Shown here one piece after another: positions 37,337-47,365 of a DNA stretch of 64,000 nt. How positions within the stretch are numbered: position 1 is the first letter of the stretch; every line of letters begins with the position of its first letter. Under the pieces are notes generated by a model, which ran no database searches, had not been told where the DNA came from, and was given only the letters and a program-made list of their open reading frames with translations. Origin of the DNA: an uncultured Lacrimispora sp. (lineage in GTDB: Bacteria > Bacillota > Clostridia > Lachnospirales > Lachnospiraceae); assembly GCA_964402355.1 (NCBI GenBank), contig CAYOCB010000019.1:9684-73683 (forward strand), read 5' to 3'. The position numbers were made by a program, and so were the translations under genes.

Positions 37337-38767
37337 TCAAAACTTATATACAAGAACAGTATCCCGGGCAGCTTTTACTTCATCTAGTCTTCCTACAGGC
37401 GTAAATACCGGTGCAGCATGGAGTTCATCTGCATGTGACCTGGCAGTCTCATAGATCTCTCTTAAAACTGCAATAGCTTCATCCAGTGTACTCTTTGATT
37501 CTGTTTCCGTTGGTTCCATCATGAAAGCTTCATGAACAATTAACGGGAAATAAATCGTAGCCGGATGAATTCCCTTATCAAGCAGTCCTTTTGCAATATC
37601 CAGAGCTGATACACCTGTTTCTTTCTTCAAGCGGTCCATTGAAATAACGAATTCGTGCATACAGGTTGTATCAAAAGCAACATCATAAATATCCTTTAGG
37701 CTTGCCATTACATAATTTGCATTTAATACTGCATTCCTGCTTGCCTGCGGGATTCCTTCCCTTCCAAGAGTAAGAACATAAGTCAATGCCTTTACTAGAA
37801 CGGAAAAGTTACCGAAAAAGTTCTTAACTGTGCCTATGCTATTTTTATGCTGCTCAAAGCAATATGTATCATTTTGGCGTACAACCGTATTGCCCGGAAG
37901 GAATTCTGTAAGAAATGCCTTGCAACCGACCGGGCCGCTTCCCGGTCCGCCGCCGCCATGGGGAGTTGAAAAGGTCTTGTGAAGATTAATATGAATAACA
38001 TCATATCCCATATCTCCAGGACGTACCACTCCCATAATTGCATTCAGATTTGCTCCATCATAGTAAGTAAGGCCGCCTGCCTCATGAATGATTTTTGTAA
38101 TCTCAAGTATATTCTTCTCAAACAATCCAACAGTATTGGGATTTGTAAGCATGAGCCCTGCCGTATCATCACCGGCCGCCTCTTTAAGCTTTTCAATATC
38201 AACGCATCCATCATCACCGGAAGGAATGCTTATTACTGTAAATCCTGCCATAACTGCACTGGCTGGATTTGTTCCATGGGCGGAATCCGGAACAATAATC
38301 TTGGTTCTCTTATAATCTTTGCGGCTTTCATGATATGCTTTGATCAGTAAAAGGCCTGTAAATTCACCATGAGCACCTGCTGCGGGCTGAAGTGACATAG
38401 TATCCATACCGGTAATTTCGCACATATATTTTTCTAAACGCTCCATTACTTCCAGGCAGCCCTGAATGCTGTATTCAGGCTGAAGCGGGTGAATTCCTGT
38501 AAAACCTTCCAGATTAGCCATTTCTTCATTTATTTTGGGGTTATATTTCATGGTACAGGAACCCAGTGGATAGAATCCGTTATTTACACCATGTATACAT
38601 TTTGCCAGCTTTGTATAATGTCTGCTGATATCATTCTCTGAAACCTGCGGCAGGTGCATAATCTGATTACGCTTACAGGAATCCGGCAGTTCATATTCCG
38701 GTACATCTGATTCCGGCAGCAATGATAAGTTTCGTCCTTCCTTACCGACTTCAAATATAAGTTTCAT
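37337..38767 (-). CDS. gcvPB: Glycine dehydrogenase subunit 2
   Basis: PLGSCTMKYNP, AHGTNPASA, HINLHKTFSTPHGGGGPG, EPTETES. Confidence 0.97.
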   Translation of the reverse strand: MKLIFEVGKEGRNLSLLPESDVPEYELPDSCKRNQIMHLPQVSENDISRHYTKLAKCIHGVNNGFYPLGSCTMKYNPKINEEMANLEGFTGIHPLQPEYSIQGCLEVMERLEKYMCEITGMDTMSLQPAAGAHGEFTGLLLIKAYHESRKDYKRTKIIVPDSAHGTNPASAVMAGFTVISIPSGDDGCVDIEKLKEAAGDDTAGLMLTNPNTVGLFEKNILEITKIIHEAGGLTYYDGANLNAIMGVVRPGDMGYDVIHINLHKTFSTPHGGGGPGSGPVGCKAFLTEFLPGNTVVRQNDTYCFEQHKNSIGTVKNFFGNFSVLVKALTYVLTLGREGIPQASRNAVLNANYVMASLKDIYDVAFDTTCMHEFVISMDRLKKETGVSALDIAKGLLDKGIHPATIYFPLIVHEAFMMEPTETESKSTLDEAIAVLREIYETARSHADELHAAPVFTPVGRLDEVKAARDTVLVYKF

Positions 38768-40089
38768 GATACCACCTCCTTAAGTGTATGTACTACTTCA
38801 TCCATTTCTTCTTTTGTATTCATCTCGGTGCAACACCATAAAACCTTTCCTTCATATGCACCACTAAGCGGAAGACCTCCTAAAATGCCTTTATCCTCCA
38901 GCGCTTTCATGGCTTCGGACGTATGTCCTTTCATATCAGTAATAAATTCATGAAAGAAATCCTTCTTATTTAAAAGGGTGAATCCGGCTTTATCTAATTC
39001 CGACGCAAGATATCTTGCTTTGGAAATACACAGACTGGCAGCTTCTTTGATTCCCTGATTTCCCATTGCCGCCATATAGACAGATGCCATCAATGCACAC
39101 AACGCTTCATTGGAACAGATGTTGCTGCCTGCCTTTTCTCTTCTGATGTGCTGCTCACGGGCCTGCAGAGTAAGTACATATGCTCTTTCTCCTTTATTGT
39201 CAACTGTCTGACCAACAATTCTGCCTGGGAGCTTTCTTGTCATATCTTCTTTACAGGTCATAAAACCAAGATAAGGACCGCCAAATGCCATTGGAATTCC
39301 AAGTGGCTGCCCTTCACCTACCGCTATATCTGCTCCGCATTCCCCCGGTGTCTTAAGAATACCTAATGAAATTGGGTTCACACCCATAATAAATTTTCCT
39401 TTCACACGATGGATCACTTCAGCCAGGGAATCAGCATTTTCGATTATTCCATAATAATTAGGCTGCTGAACATAAAGACAGGCTGCATCTTCCAAAAGAT
39501 TTGACTTCAGATAGTCATAATCGGTTGTTCCATCTTTTTCGGGAACAATAATAACCTCTGTTCCATTGCCGTGACAATATGTCTTTATTGTCTTTATTAC
39601 ACCTGGATTCGTTGTTGCTGATACATAAGCTTTCTTATGCTTTCTATCCTTACACATGGCAATTGCTTCCGCTGCTGCAGTTGCACCATCGTAAACAGAT
39701 GCATTCGATACATCCATGCCTGTGAGCTGACAGATCATTGTCTGATACTCAAATATTGACTGCAAAATTCCCTGACTGATCTCAGCCTGGTAAGGTGTGT
39801 ATGCGGTTACAAACTCCTCTTTGGATGCGACACTCTTAACAATTGCAGGAATATAGTGATTGTAAGAACCTGCACCTCTGAAAATACTTGAAAATACAAT
39901 ATTCTTTTTTGATATCTGACTGACTTCCCTGCTGACTTCCAGCTCTGATTTCCCATCTGGAATATTTAAAGGATTTTTAAGTTTGACCGAATCGGGTATT
40001 GGATCAAATAATTCATCAATATTATTTTTTCCAATTACATTTAACATTTCCTGACACTCTTCATTAGTTGTTGATAAATAATTTCCCAT
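38764..40089 (-). CDS. gcvPA: Glycine dehydrogenase subunit 1
   Basis: TAYTPYQAEISQG, NASVYDG, FGGP, LQAREQHIRREKA.SNICSN; start ATG 40089 after GGAGG. Confidence 0.97.
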   Translation of the reverse strand: MGNYLSTTNEECQEMLNVIGKNNIDELFDPIPDSVKLKNPLNIPDGKSELEVSREVSQISKKNIVFSSIFRGAGSYNHYIPAIVKSVASKEEFVTAYTPYQAEISQGILQSIFEYQTMICQLTGMDVSNASVYDGATAAAEAIAMCKDRKHKKAYVSATTNPGVIKTIKTYCHGNGTEVIIVPEKDGTTDYDYLKSNLLEDAACLYVQQPNYYGIIENADSLAEVIHRVKGKFIMGVNPISLGILKTPGECGADIAVGEGQPLGIPMAFGGPYLGFMTCKEDMTRKLPGRIVGQTVDNKGERAYVLTLQAREQHIRREKAGSNICSNEALCALMASVYMAAMGNQGIKEAASLCISKARYLASELDKAGFTLLNKKDFFHEFITDMKGHTSEAMKALEDKGILGGLPLSGAYEGKVLWCCTEMNTKEEMDEVVHTLKEVVS

Positions 40090-40125
40090 GCAATCCTCCA
40101 TTCTGCATTTCATGCAAACTGCTTA

Positions 40126-40512
40126 CTACTCAGCACTCTCTTCTTCAACAAATTTCTCATAAGCGTCTGCTTCCATTAATTCCTCTGAAGTTGTGATATC
40201 TGATATTTCAATAAGCCATGCATCATATGGCGCATCGTTAATACGCTGCGGTTCATCAAGGAGTTCTTCATTTATTTTGCTGATGACACCTGACAATGGG
40301 GAATATACGTCAGAAACAGCTTTTACTGATTCAACATCAGAAACAACCTCTTCTTTTTCGATTGCATCTCCTTCTTCCGGAAGATTCACATATACCAAAT
40401 CTCCCAATTGACTTTGTGCATAATCTGTTAAGCCAACGAGTGCTGTCGTATCGTCAATATATTTTACCCACTCATGTGATTTTGTATATTTTAATTCCTT
40501 TGGATAATTCAT
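40126..40512 (-). CDS. gcvH: Glycine cleavage H protein
   Basis: [21 protein letters not shown] lipoyl-lysine motif. Confidence 0.97.
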   Translation of the reverse strand: MNYPKELKYTKSHEWVKYIDDTTALVGLTDYAQSQLGDLVYVNLPEEGDAIEKEEVVSDVESVKAVSDVYSPLSGVISKINEELLDEPQRINDAPYDAWLIEISDITTSEELMEADAYEKFVEEESAE

Positions 40513-40526
40513 GTTTTTGCTCCTTT

Positions 40527-41627
40527 TTATTTATTAATTTTAGGCTTTATATAGAAAGGAAGGTTAACGACTTCCAATTCAATCTTTCTTCCACGTACAA
40601 TAGCTTCAACCCTGGTTCCAATCTCTGTATACGCAATATTTAAAAGAGCCATTGCAATTGGATAACCCAGATAAGGACAGTGTGTCCCGGAGGTAGTATG
40701 CCCTACCTCTTTATCACCTATGTAAAGCTTTTCATGTTCTCTGACGATCCCTCTTCCAACTACCTTAAGGCCAACTCGTTTTCTTGTTAAGGCTCCCTTA
40801 GCTTCCATTGCCTTCTTGCCAATAAAGTCTTCCTTCTGCATCTTAACTGCAAAACCAAGTCCTGTTTCAATTGGATCGACAGTATCATCCATTTCATGGC
40901 CATAAAGCGGCATTGCCGCTTCCAGACGAAGTGTATCTCTTGCTCCCAGTCCGCAAGGAATCAAGCCTTCTTCTTTTCCAGCTTCTAAAAGTGTTTCCCA
41001 CATGTTGGGTGCATCTTCATTTTTCAGATAGATTTCATATCCATCTTCACCAGTGTAGCCTGTCTGGGAAACCGTACATTTCATGCCGTCCACTACTGCA
41101 TTGAAAACACAGTGATAATATTTCTTTGGTATATTTTCTTCGGTTGTCAGCTTGCAAAGAATCTCTTTTGCTTTTGGTCCCTGCAGTGCAATCTGTGATA
41201 TTGTTGATGAAATATCACTAAATTCCACTTCACCAAACTGATGTGCTTTCATCCATTGGTAATCTTTATCTTTATTAGCTGCATTAACAACAATAACGTA
41301 AATATTATCTGCATACTTATAAACAATTAAATCATCAACCGTACCGCCCTTCTCATTGCACATAGGGCTGTAGCGTGCCTGGCCGTCTGCCATATTGTTA
41401 AAATCATTTGTCAATATCTTCTGCAAATTAGCCAATGCATCTTTTCCTCTGCATAAAATCTCTCCCATATGAGATACATCAAATAATCCTGCCTTTGTTC
41501 TGACTGCCAGATGTTCTGCAACAACGCCAGATTCATATTGAACAGGTAAAAGGTATCCGGCGAATGAAACAATTTTTCCTTTGTACTTAACATGCATGTC
41601 ATAAAGCGGCGTTTTTAAATCTTCCAT
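40527..41627 (-). CDS. gcvT: Glycine cleavage aminomethyltransferase T
   Basis: [30 protein letters not shown]. Confidence 0.97.
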   Translation of the reverse strand: MEDLKTPLYDMHVKYKGKIVSFAGYLLPVQYESGVVAEHLAVRTKAGLFDVSHMGEILCRGKDALANLQKILTNDFNNMADGQARYSPMCNEKGGTVDDLIVYKYADNIYVIVVNAANKDKDYQWMKAHQFGEVEFSDISSTISQIALQGPKAKEILCKLTTEENIPKKYYHCVFNAVVDGMKCTVSQTGYTGEDGYEIYLKNEDAPNMWETLLEAGKEEGLIPCGLGARDTLRLEAAMPLYGHEMDDTVDPIETGLGFAVKMQKEDFIGKKAMEAKGALTRKRVGLKVVGRGIVREHEKLYIGDKEVGHTTSGTHCPYLGYPIAMALLNIAYTEIGTRVEAIVRGRKIELEVVNLPFYIKPKINK

Positions 41628-41700
41628 AGTTACCTCCTGGTATTTACTTAAACTTTGAGAGTTTATTTAAGATTTAAGTTCTCTTTCTGTTCATTGCAAC

Positions 41701-41895
41701 AAAAAAAGACAGTAAACAAACGTCCACTGTCTCTGTCCTTTAACCTGAAAGATTATCAGCTGATTCTCACAACTGAATTGCCTCTTCGGTACATCATTGT
41801 TCTCCAGAGCATCGTCCAAACTAGATCCTTTTGCCTGAGAGTTTTTTGTTCACCTTCGGCGCATGTTTTTCACATGTCTCTCTCTAGTTTTTCAA
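41701..41895 (-). ncRNA. Tandem glycine riboswitch with terminator expression platform
   Basis: Aptamer 1 GAGAGAC...GCCGAAGGTG...CTCTCAGGCAAAAGGA; aptamer 2 CTCTGGAGA...CCGAAGAGGCAA...CTTTCAGG...GGACAGAG; terminator AGACAGT...ACTGTCT-T7 upstream of gcvT. Confidence 0.95.
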
Positions 41896-41924
41896 CCGAT
41901 TTTCTTAAATTAAATTGTGATTTT

Positions 41925-41953
41925 ATAGTATCAAAGCAATGATTATTTGTCAA
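41925..41953 (-). promoter_or_regulatory. Sigma-A promoter of gcv operon
   Basis: TTGACA (41953-41948)-17 bp-TACTAT (41930-41925). Confidence 0.7.
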
Positions 41954-41992
41954 CTCTTTTTTATTAACATCACATCTTTTTTATAATTTATA

Positions 41993-42021
41993 TTGACAAT
42001 TTTATAATTGATTCTTATAAT
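41993..42021 (+). promoter_or_regulatory. Sigma-A promoter of glyA
   Basis: TTGACA-17 bp-TATAAT consensus. Confidence 0.8.
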
Positions 42022-42086
42022 TAGGAACTAATTTTAGTAACCAGCCTGTCAATAAGTCTATTATGCAAAAAGGGAGAATGAATTTT

Positions 42087-43337
42087 ATGGTACAAGAAGT
42101 TATGGATTTTATTTGTTCCCAGGACTCTGAAACCGGAGCAATATTGAAAAATGAGTTTAACCGTCAGTCGAGAAATATTGAACTGATCGCATCCGAGAAC
42201 ATTGTCTCACCTGCTGTCATGTTAACCATGGGAAGCGTTCTTACGAACAAATATGCAGAAGGCTACCCTAAAAAAAGATATTATGGCGGATGTGAATATG
42301 TTGATGATTTAGAGACATTGGCAATTGAACGAGCAAAGGCATTATTCGGATGCGATTACGCAAATGTGCAGCCACATTCAGGTGCTCAGGCTAATCTTGC
42401 CGTTTTTTTTGCAATGCTGGAACCGGGCGACACCGTGATGGGAATGAATCTGGATCAAGGCGGACATTTAACACATGGAAGCCCTGTAAATATATCCGGC
42501 AAGTATTTTCATGTTGTGCCTTATGGTGTTGACGATCATGGTTTCATCGATTATGATGCATTAAGAAAAACAGCTCATGAATCCAAACCAAAACTTATCA
42601 TTGCCGGTGCCAGTGCCTATGCAAGATCCATTGATTTCAAAATTTTCCGTGAAGTAGCTGATGAAGTCGGCGCCTTCCTGATGGTGGATATGGCTCATAT
42701 TGCCGGTCTCGTCGCTGCCGGTCTTCATCAGTCTCCGATACCATATGCGGATGTTGTCACAACAACGACTCACAAAACCTTAAGAGGTCCAAGAGGCGGT
42801 TTGATCCTTGCTAACCAGGCTGCGGCTGACAAATTTAACTTTAATAAAGCCATTTTTCCCGGAATTCAGGGCGGTCCTTTAATGCATATTATTGCTGCGA
42901 AAACTGTATGCTTTGGGGAAGCACTAAAACCGGAATTCAAGGAATATCAACAGCAGATCATGAAAAATGCTGCTGCTTTATCAAACGCTCTTATCAATCA
43001 GGGATTTGACATAGTTACCGGAGGTACGGACAATCATCTTATGCTTGTCGACTTAAGAAATACCGATATTTCGGGTAAGGATCTTCAGAATAAGTGTGAT
43101 GAAGTATACATAACCCTAAATAAAAATACGGTTCCCAATGACCCCAGAAGTCCTTTCGTTACTTCTGGCGTGCGTATTGGAACGCCTGCTGTCACAGCCA
43201 GAGGAATGAAGGAGGAAGAAATGTCAATTATTGCAGAATTAATCCACGATGCCGCATTTGATTTTGATGCAAAAGCTGACTCAATTCGCACAAGAGTCTG
43301 TGATCTGTGTTCCAAATTTCCTATTTATATACAATAA
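42087..43337 (+). CDS. glyA: Serine hydroxymethyltransferase
   Basis: [36 protein letters not shown]. Confidence 0.98.
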   Translation: MVQEVMDFICSQDSETGAILKNEFNRQSRNIELIASENIVSPAVMLTMGSVLTNKYAEGYPKKRYYGGCEYVDDLETLAIERAKALFGCDYANVQPHSGAQANLAVFFAMLEPGDTVMGMNLDQGGHLTHGSPVNISGKYFHVVPYGVDDHGFIDYDALRKTAHESKPKLIIAGASAYARSIDFKIFREVADEVGAFLMVDMAHIAGLVAAGLHQSPIPYADVVTTTTHKTLRGPRGGLILANQAAADKFNFNKAIFPGIQGGPLMHIIAAKTVCFGEALKPEFKEYQQQIMKNAAALSNALINQGFDIVTGGTDNHLMLVDLRNTDISGKDLQNKCDEVYITLNKNTVPNDPRSPFVTSGVRIGTPAVTARGMKEEEMSIIAELIHDAAFDFDAKADSIRTRVCDLCSKFPIYIQ

Positions 43338-43359
43338 TAACATCTGAAGGAGGTTCCTA

Positions 43360-43851
43360 ATGGAAAAAGCACAGGAAGTATATGATTATCTTGATAAGAA
43401 CAAAATCCCGTATGAAATAATCGAACATGAGCCGGTCTATACGATGGAAGAAATGGATGCCTATGGAATTACTGGAAAAGGAAATATATGCAAAAATCTT
43501 TTTCTAAGAGATGCAAAGGGGAAACGTCATTTTCTTGTCGTGCTTGGCAAGGATAAGAAAGCAGATTTAAAGTATATCCGGGAACAGCTTGGCACAACTG
43601 CACTAAGCTTTGCTTCTGATGAGCGTCTATCAAAATATCTTGGACTTACAAAAGGTGCTGTATCTCCAATGGGTCTGATCCATGATGTGGATGCCCAGGT
43701 AGAAGTCGTCATGGATAAGGATTTTATGTTTGAAAAACATTTCGGATGTCACCCGAATGAAAATACAGCAACCATAATTCTTGATTTTAAAGATTTAAAA
43801 AAAATAATTACAAAAAACGGAAATGGTATACATTTTCTGACTTTTAAATAA
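43360..43851 (+). CDS. YbaK/ProX (PrdX)-family aminoacyl-tRNA editing protein
   Basis: CKNLFLRD, LSFAS, G.VSP.GL, HP.ENTAT. Confidence 0.88.
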   Translation: MEKAQEVYDYLDKNKIPYEIIEHEPVYTMEEMDAYGITGKGNICKNLFLRDAKGKRHFLVVLGKDKKADLKYIREQLGTTALSFASDERLSKYLGLTKGAVSPMGLIHDVDAQVEVVMDKDFMFEKHFGCHPNENTATIILDFKDLKKIITKNGNGIHFLTFK

Positions 43852-43908
43852 TTGTTGTATATTCCGTTAATCAGTCGGTAGGGTGATCTGATTTATTCTC
43901 ATCATAAA

Positions 43909-43940
43909 AAAAGGGGTTTTGTAACCAAAACTCCTTTTTT
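43909..43940. terminator. Bidirectional terminator
   Basis: AAAAGGGGTTTTG-TAAC-CAAAACTCCTTTT between convergent genes. Confidence 0.75.
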
Positions 43941-44025
43941 CTGCACCCGAAAAATGCGGTTTCCGAAAAAAACGCATTGGATAAAATCGATAACAGACTG
44001 ACTTGATTTATATTGTTCTCAACGG

Positions 44026-44751
44026 TTAAATCAGTCTTCTCTGCGCTTCCTGATTCTTGATTTTTTTGCCAGCATATCCCGGACAATATTTTCTATGCTC
44101 ACAATAATCACAGGATATCATCTTTTCATGTGCAGCCACAGGTATGACTCCCATTGTACCGGATACGGTCTTTAAGGGAATCATACGCATATGCTTATCC
44201 AGAGTCACTCCAATTGTTTCTGGTTTTAAGATATCAAATAATGGCTTCTGATTAATCAGTTCGAATTTATTCTGTCCGGGGCTCCATACACTTGTACATT
44301 TGCAGCCTTCTTCATTTAAAATACCATTTAACTTCCTGGTCAGCTTCTCTCTGGAGGCATTCAGCATAGACGTAGCCCAATATTCAATAAAGAAAGTCTC
44401 CATCATATCCGGATGTGCTTTTAGAATATCATCAATATTAATAACCGAAGTAACATAAACAAAAAGATGTTTGACTCCGCTGTATGCCTTCTTAATTTGT
44501 TCGCCTTCGAAAATGATATCATTTTCAAGCAGCAGACCCGTATCTGACTCTTCAATAATATCTACTCCACAGTATTTTATTACAATTTTTGCCTGTGATA
44601 ACATCAAATCCATGACGGGCATAATATAGTCTTCAAACTTGGCAGGTATATCATTAATATCTACACCTGTATAACCTTTAAAATACTTTGCTGCTCTCTG
44701 AATATCTTCTTCATCAAATTTCACTTCATATGACTGTTCTGTTTTCTCCAT
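44026..44751 (-). CDS. Methionine synthase activation-domain-like protein
   Basis: SPG, L..Q..LF..L, IGVTL....M.P.K.VSG..G, C-terminal C..C.....C. Confidence 0.75.
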   Translation of the reverse strand: MEKTEQSYEVKFDEEDIQRAAKYFKGYTGVDINDIPAKFEDYIMPVMDLMLSQAKIVIKYCGVDIIEESDTGLLLENDIIFEGEQIKKAYSGVKHLFVYVTSVINIDDILKAHPDMMETFFIEYWATSMLNASREKLTRKLNGILNEEGCKCTSVWSPGQNKFELINQKPLFDILKPETIGVTLDKHMRMIPLKTVSGTMGVIPVAAHEKMISCDYCEHRKYCPGYAGKKIKNQEAQRRLI

Positions 44752-44816
44752 TTTTCATGCCTCCAAGCCTTTTTATGATACCAGAACATTATTAACAACC
44801 GATATGATTTTTTACA

Positions 44817-45551
44817 TTACATTTCATAATGATATCCACGTGGTGTAATCATCTTACCGTTGATATTTTTAGTGACTGAATTCCCGATAAAGACGGTCGT
44901 AAACATATCAACCTGCCTCTTTGCCAATTCTCCCAGTGTACATACGGTAAAGCACTCACCTTCCCGTCCGATATTCTTAACATATCCACAGACAGTGCTT
45001 TCTGGCAATATATTCTTTAGAATGGTACATGCCCGTTCCAGATAATCAGCCCGTTTATGACTGGAGGGATTGTAGATAACCATGGAGAAATCTCCTTCTG
45101 CTGCTTTTATTAGTCTTTTTTCAATCACTTCCCATGGTGTAAGAAGATCGCTTAGGCTGATTACTGCAAAATCATGAATTAACGGAGCGCCGAGAACTGC
45201 ACCGCCGCTGCTGGCAGCCGTTATTCCTGCAATAATTTCAAGTTCAACATCCGGATAAGCAGCACCGATTTCATACATCAGGCCTGACATTCCATAGATC
45301 CCTGCATCTCCGCTGCTGATCATTGCAACCACCTTATTCTTCTGCGCCTCTTTATATGCAAGGTGGCATCGTTCTGCTTCTTCCTTCATCGGAGTACTCA
45401 TGAATTCTTTATCCGGAAAATACTGATGAACAAGATTGACGTATACTTTATAACCAATAATCAAATCACATTTCCTTAAAGTTTCAGCTGCCTTAATTGT
45501 CAGCATCTCATACTCTCCTGGTCCAATTCCTACAACATATAATTTCTTCAT
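44817..45551 (-). CDS. cbiH: Cobalt-precorrin-3 C17-methyltransferase
   Basis: VVGIGPG, SSGDAGIYGM, LGAPL.HDF..ISLSDLLTPW, YNP.S, TPRGY. Confidence 0.95.
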   Translation of the reverse strand: MKKLYVVGIGPGEYEMLTIKAAETLRKCDLIIGYKVYVNLVHQYFPDKEFMSTPMKEEAERCHLAYKEAQKNKVVAMISSGDAGIYGMSGLMYEIGAAYPDVELEIIAGITAASSGGAVLGAPLIHDFAVISLSDLLTPWEVIEKRLIKAAEGDFSMVIYNPSSHKRADYLERACTILKNILPESTVCGYVKNIGREGECFTVCTLGELAKRQVDMFTTVFIGNSVTKNINGKMITPRGYHYEM

Positions 45552-45650
45552 TTTTCCTTCCCTTTCGTTTTCTATGTCTTCTTTTCTTTCGAAATCCTAT
45601 CTAATATATATTAAGTTCATCGCTTCCTATCCGGCACTGCCATTTCTGTA

Positions 45651-46034
45651 TTACTGTTTGATAACCTGTCCCAGTCCGCAGATAATCCGTATAACCTTTC
45701 TGGCATGTATAGCTGCCTGGCATGACATTCTTCCAACTGCTTCACGATATTCTCTTTCAAATGCATCCAAAGGTACAATCCCGTATCCGACTTCATTGGA
45801 TATGAGAATTTTACAATTTCCATTTTCAAATAACTTCTTCACATATGCCTGATAATCTTTCTGTTCCAGCATCAGTCTCCGAATTAACAGGTGAAAATCA
45901 TAAATGCAGGATGCACATAAGATTTTCTCATAATCCTCCTGTTCACCTGATATCATTGTTTCCTGTGTGATTTGATATGTCTTTTTAACATACTGCCGTT
46001 TCCCCTGGTTGTATCCTCCTATAATAAAATCCAT
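45651..46034 (-). CDS. Short CobU-like adenosylcobinamide kinase/guanylyltransferase homolog
   Basis: IIGG..QGK, ISNEVG.G.VP....R.YRE.VGR; only 127 aa. Confidence 0.8.
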   Translation of the reverse strand: MDFIIGGYNQGKRQYVKKTYQITQETMISGEQEDYEKILCASCIYDFHLLIRRLMLEQKDYQAYVKKLFENGNCKILISNEVGYGIVPLDAFEREYREAVGRMSCQAAIHARKVIRIICGLGQVIKQ

Positions 46035-46061
46035 TCTGCGTCTCCTATCCCATCTTATATA

Positions 46062-46835
46062 TCATAAAACCTGCAAAACCGCTGTCATAACGGTACAGGT
46101 AAGAATGACTGCTAATTCACATCTTACGGTGAACCATCCTGCCAGATCACCTGTTATTCCACCAAATTCTTTCATTGCCTTTTTATAATAGTTTAAAAAC
46201 ATCACTGCGGCAACAAGCATGACTGTAACTCCAATGATGGCATGAAGCATAAGCAGCGCGCAGGCATTTATGATACATACCAGCATAAGTACACTCTGTA
46301 CTATCTTTTTAGCTGATGTTGATGAGAAGGCAGCCAGTGTTCCCTCTTTATTGGCAGATTGGAAATTTATTGCCGCTATTCCGCTTAACGCCCTTGAAAT
46401 CATATATCCAGTGGATACCATAAAAACCGTGCGCCATGTATCAACTAAGGTCATGGCTCCATAATACACAAAGAAATATACGACTGTCCATATAATTGCA
46501 AATGCACCGGAATTCGAATCTTTTAAAATAGCAAGTCTCTTCTCTTTTGGCTGAAAAGATGCCAGACCATCCGTTGTATCACAGTAGCCATCCATATGTA
46601 TACCACCAGTAATAATAATTGGAATGACTGAAGCAATTACGGCATAGAATGACTGGGAAAATGCCAGCAGGCCCGCAATGTAAAACCATAACACCTGCAG
46701 CCCTGCAATAACCAGGCCGACTACGGGGAAGAATGCAAGAGAATATTTCATTTTCTCCACACTCCAATCGGTTTTGACCATTGGTATTCTTGAATACATT
46801 GCAATTGCTATCATAAATGACGTGATTACATTCAT
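46062..46835 (-). CDS. cobS: Adenosylcobinamide-GDP ribazoletransferase (cobalamin synthase)
   Basis: SRIP, TGGIH.DG..DT.DG, ILKDS..GAF, FGGITGD..G. Confidence 0.95.
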   Translation of the reverse strand: MNVITSFMIAIAMYSRIPMVKTDWSVEKMKYSLAFFPVVGLVIAGLQVLWFYIAGLLAFSQSFYAVIASVIPIIITGGIHMDGYCDTTDGLASFQPKEKRLAILKDSNSGAFAIIWTVVYFFVYYGAMTLVDTWRTVFMVSTGYMISRALSGIAAINFQSANKEGTLAAFSSTSAKKIVQSVLMLVCIINACALLMLHAIIGVTVMLVAAVMFLNYYKKAMKEFGGITGDLAGWFTVRCELAVILTCTVMTAVLQVL

Positions 46836-47365
46836 ATTAATTTTCCTTTCTGAACAACCGGTATGGTATACACTACCTCGATCACATTATCTGCAAGCAC
46901 AGCCAGTCTCTGATTGATTTGTCCCAGATAGTTAAGATACCGGATTGTTTCATCATCATAGGTTATTCCATCGGAAAACACTTCATTTGTAACAATAACC
47001 AGATTAGCCGATACCGACCGGATGTGATCCACTCCCTGCATAATTGATTCACATACACCATCATGGCTGCCATACTCATGGAACACCTCATTTGCAACAA
47101 GGTTTGACATACACTCCAATAAAACATCGGAACCATCTTCCACTTCCACATCCGACAGATTTAAGTACTGCTCGATGGTCTTAAAATTCCGGTTCTGACG
47201 CTGGTTTCTGTGCTTTTCAATTCTTATTCTTCCTTCCTCTCCAAATGGCATCATTGTAGCAATATAATAACGGTGATTCCTATTTACACTATTTTTCTCA
47301 ATAAGCCTTTCTGCAAATTCGGATTTCCCGCTTCCACTGCCGCCTGTAACTAAGGTAAACATCAC
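46832..47365 (-). CDS. cobU: Adenosylcobinamide kinase/phosphate guanylyltransferase
   Basis: VTGGSGSGKS.FAE, YIAT, RI..H...R, VTNEV. Confidence 0.92.
   Translation of the reverse strand: MMFTLVTGGSGSGKSEFAERLIEKNSVNRNHRYYIATMMPFGEEGRIRIEKHRNQRQNRNFKTIEQYLNLSDVEVEDGSDVLLECMSNLVANEVFHEYGSHDGVCESIMQGVDHIRSVSANLVIVTNEVFSDGITYDDETIRYLNYLGQINQRLAVLADNVIEVVYTIPVVQKGKLI

Noticed and set aside
41655..41942. 95-aa plus-strand ORF
   Set aside because: Antisense to the glycine riboswitch, no RBS or recognisable protein.
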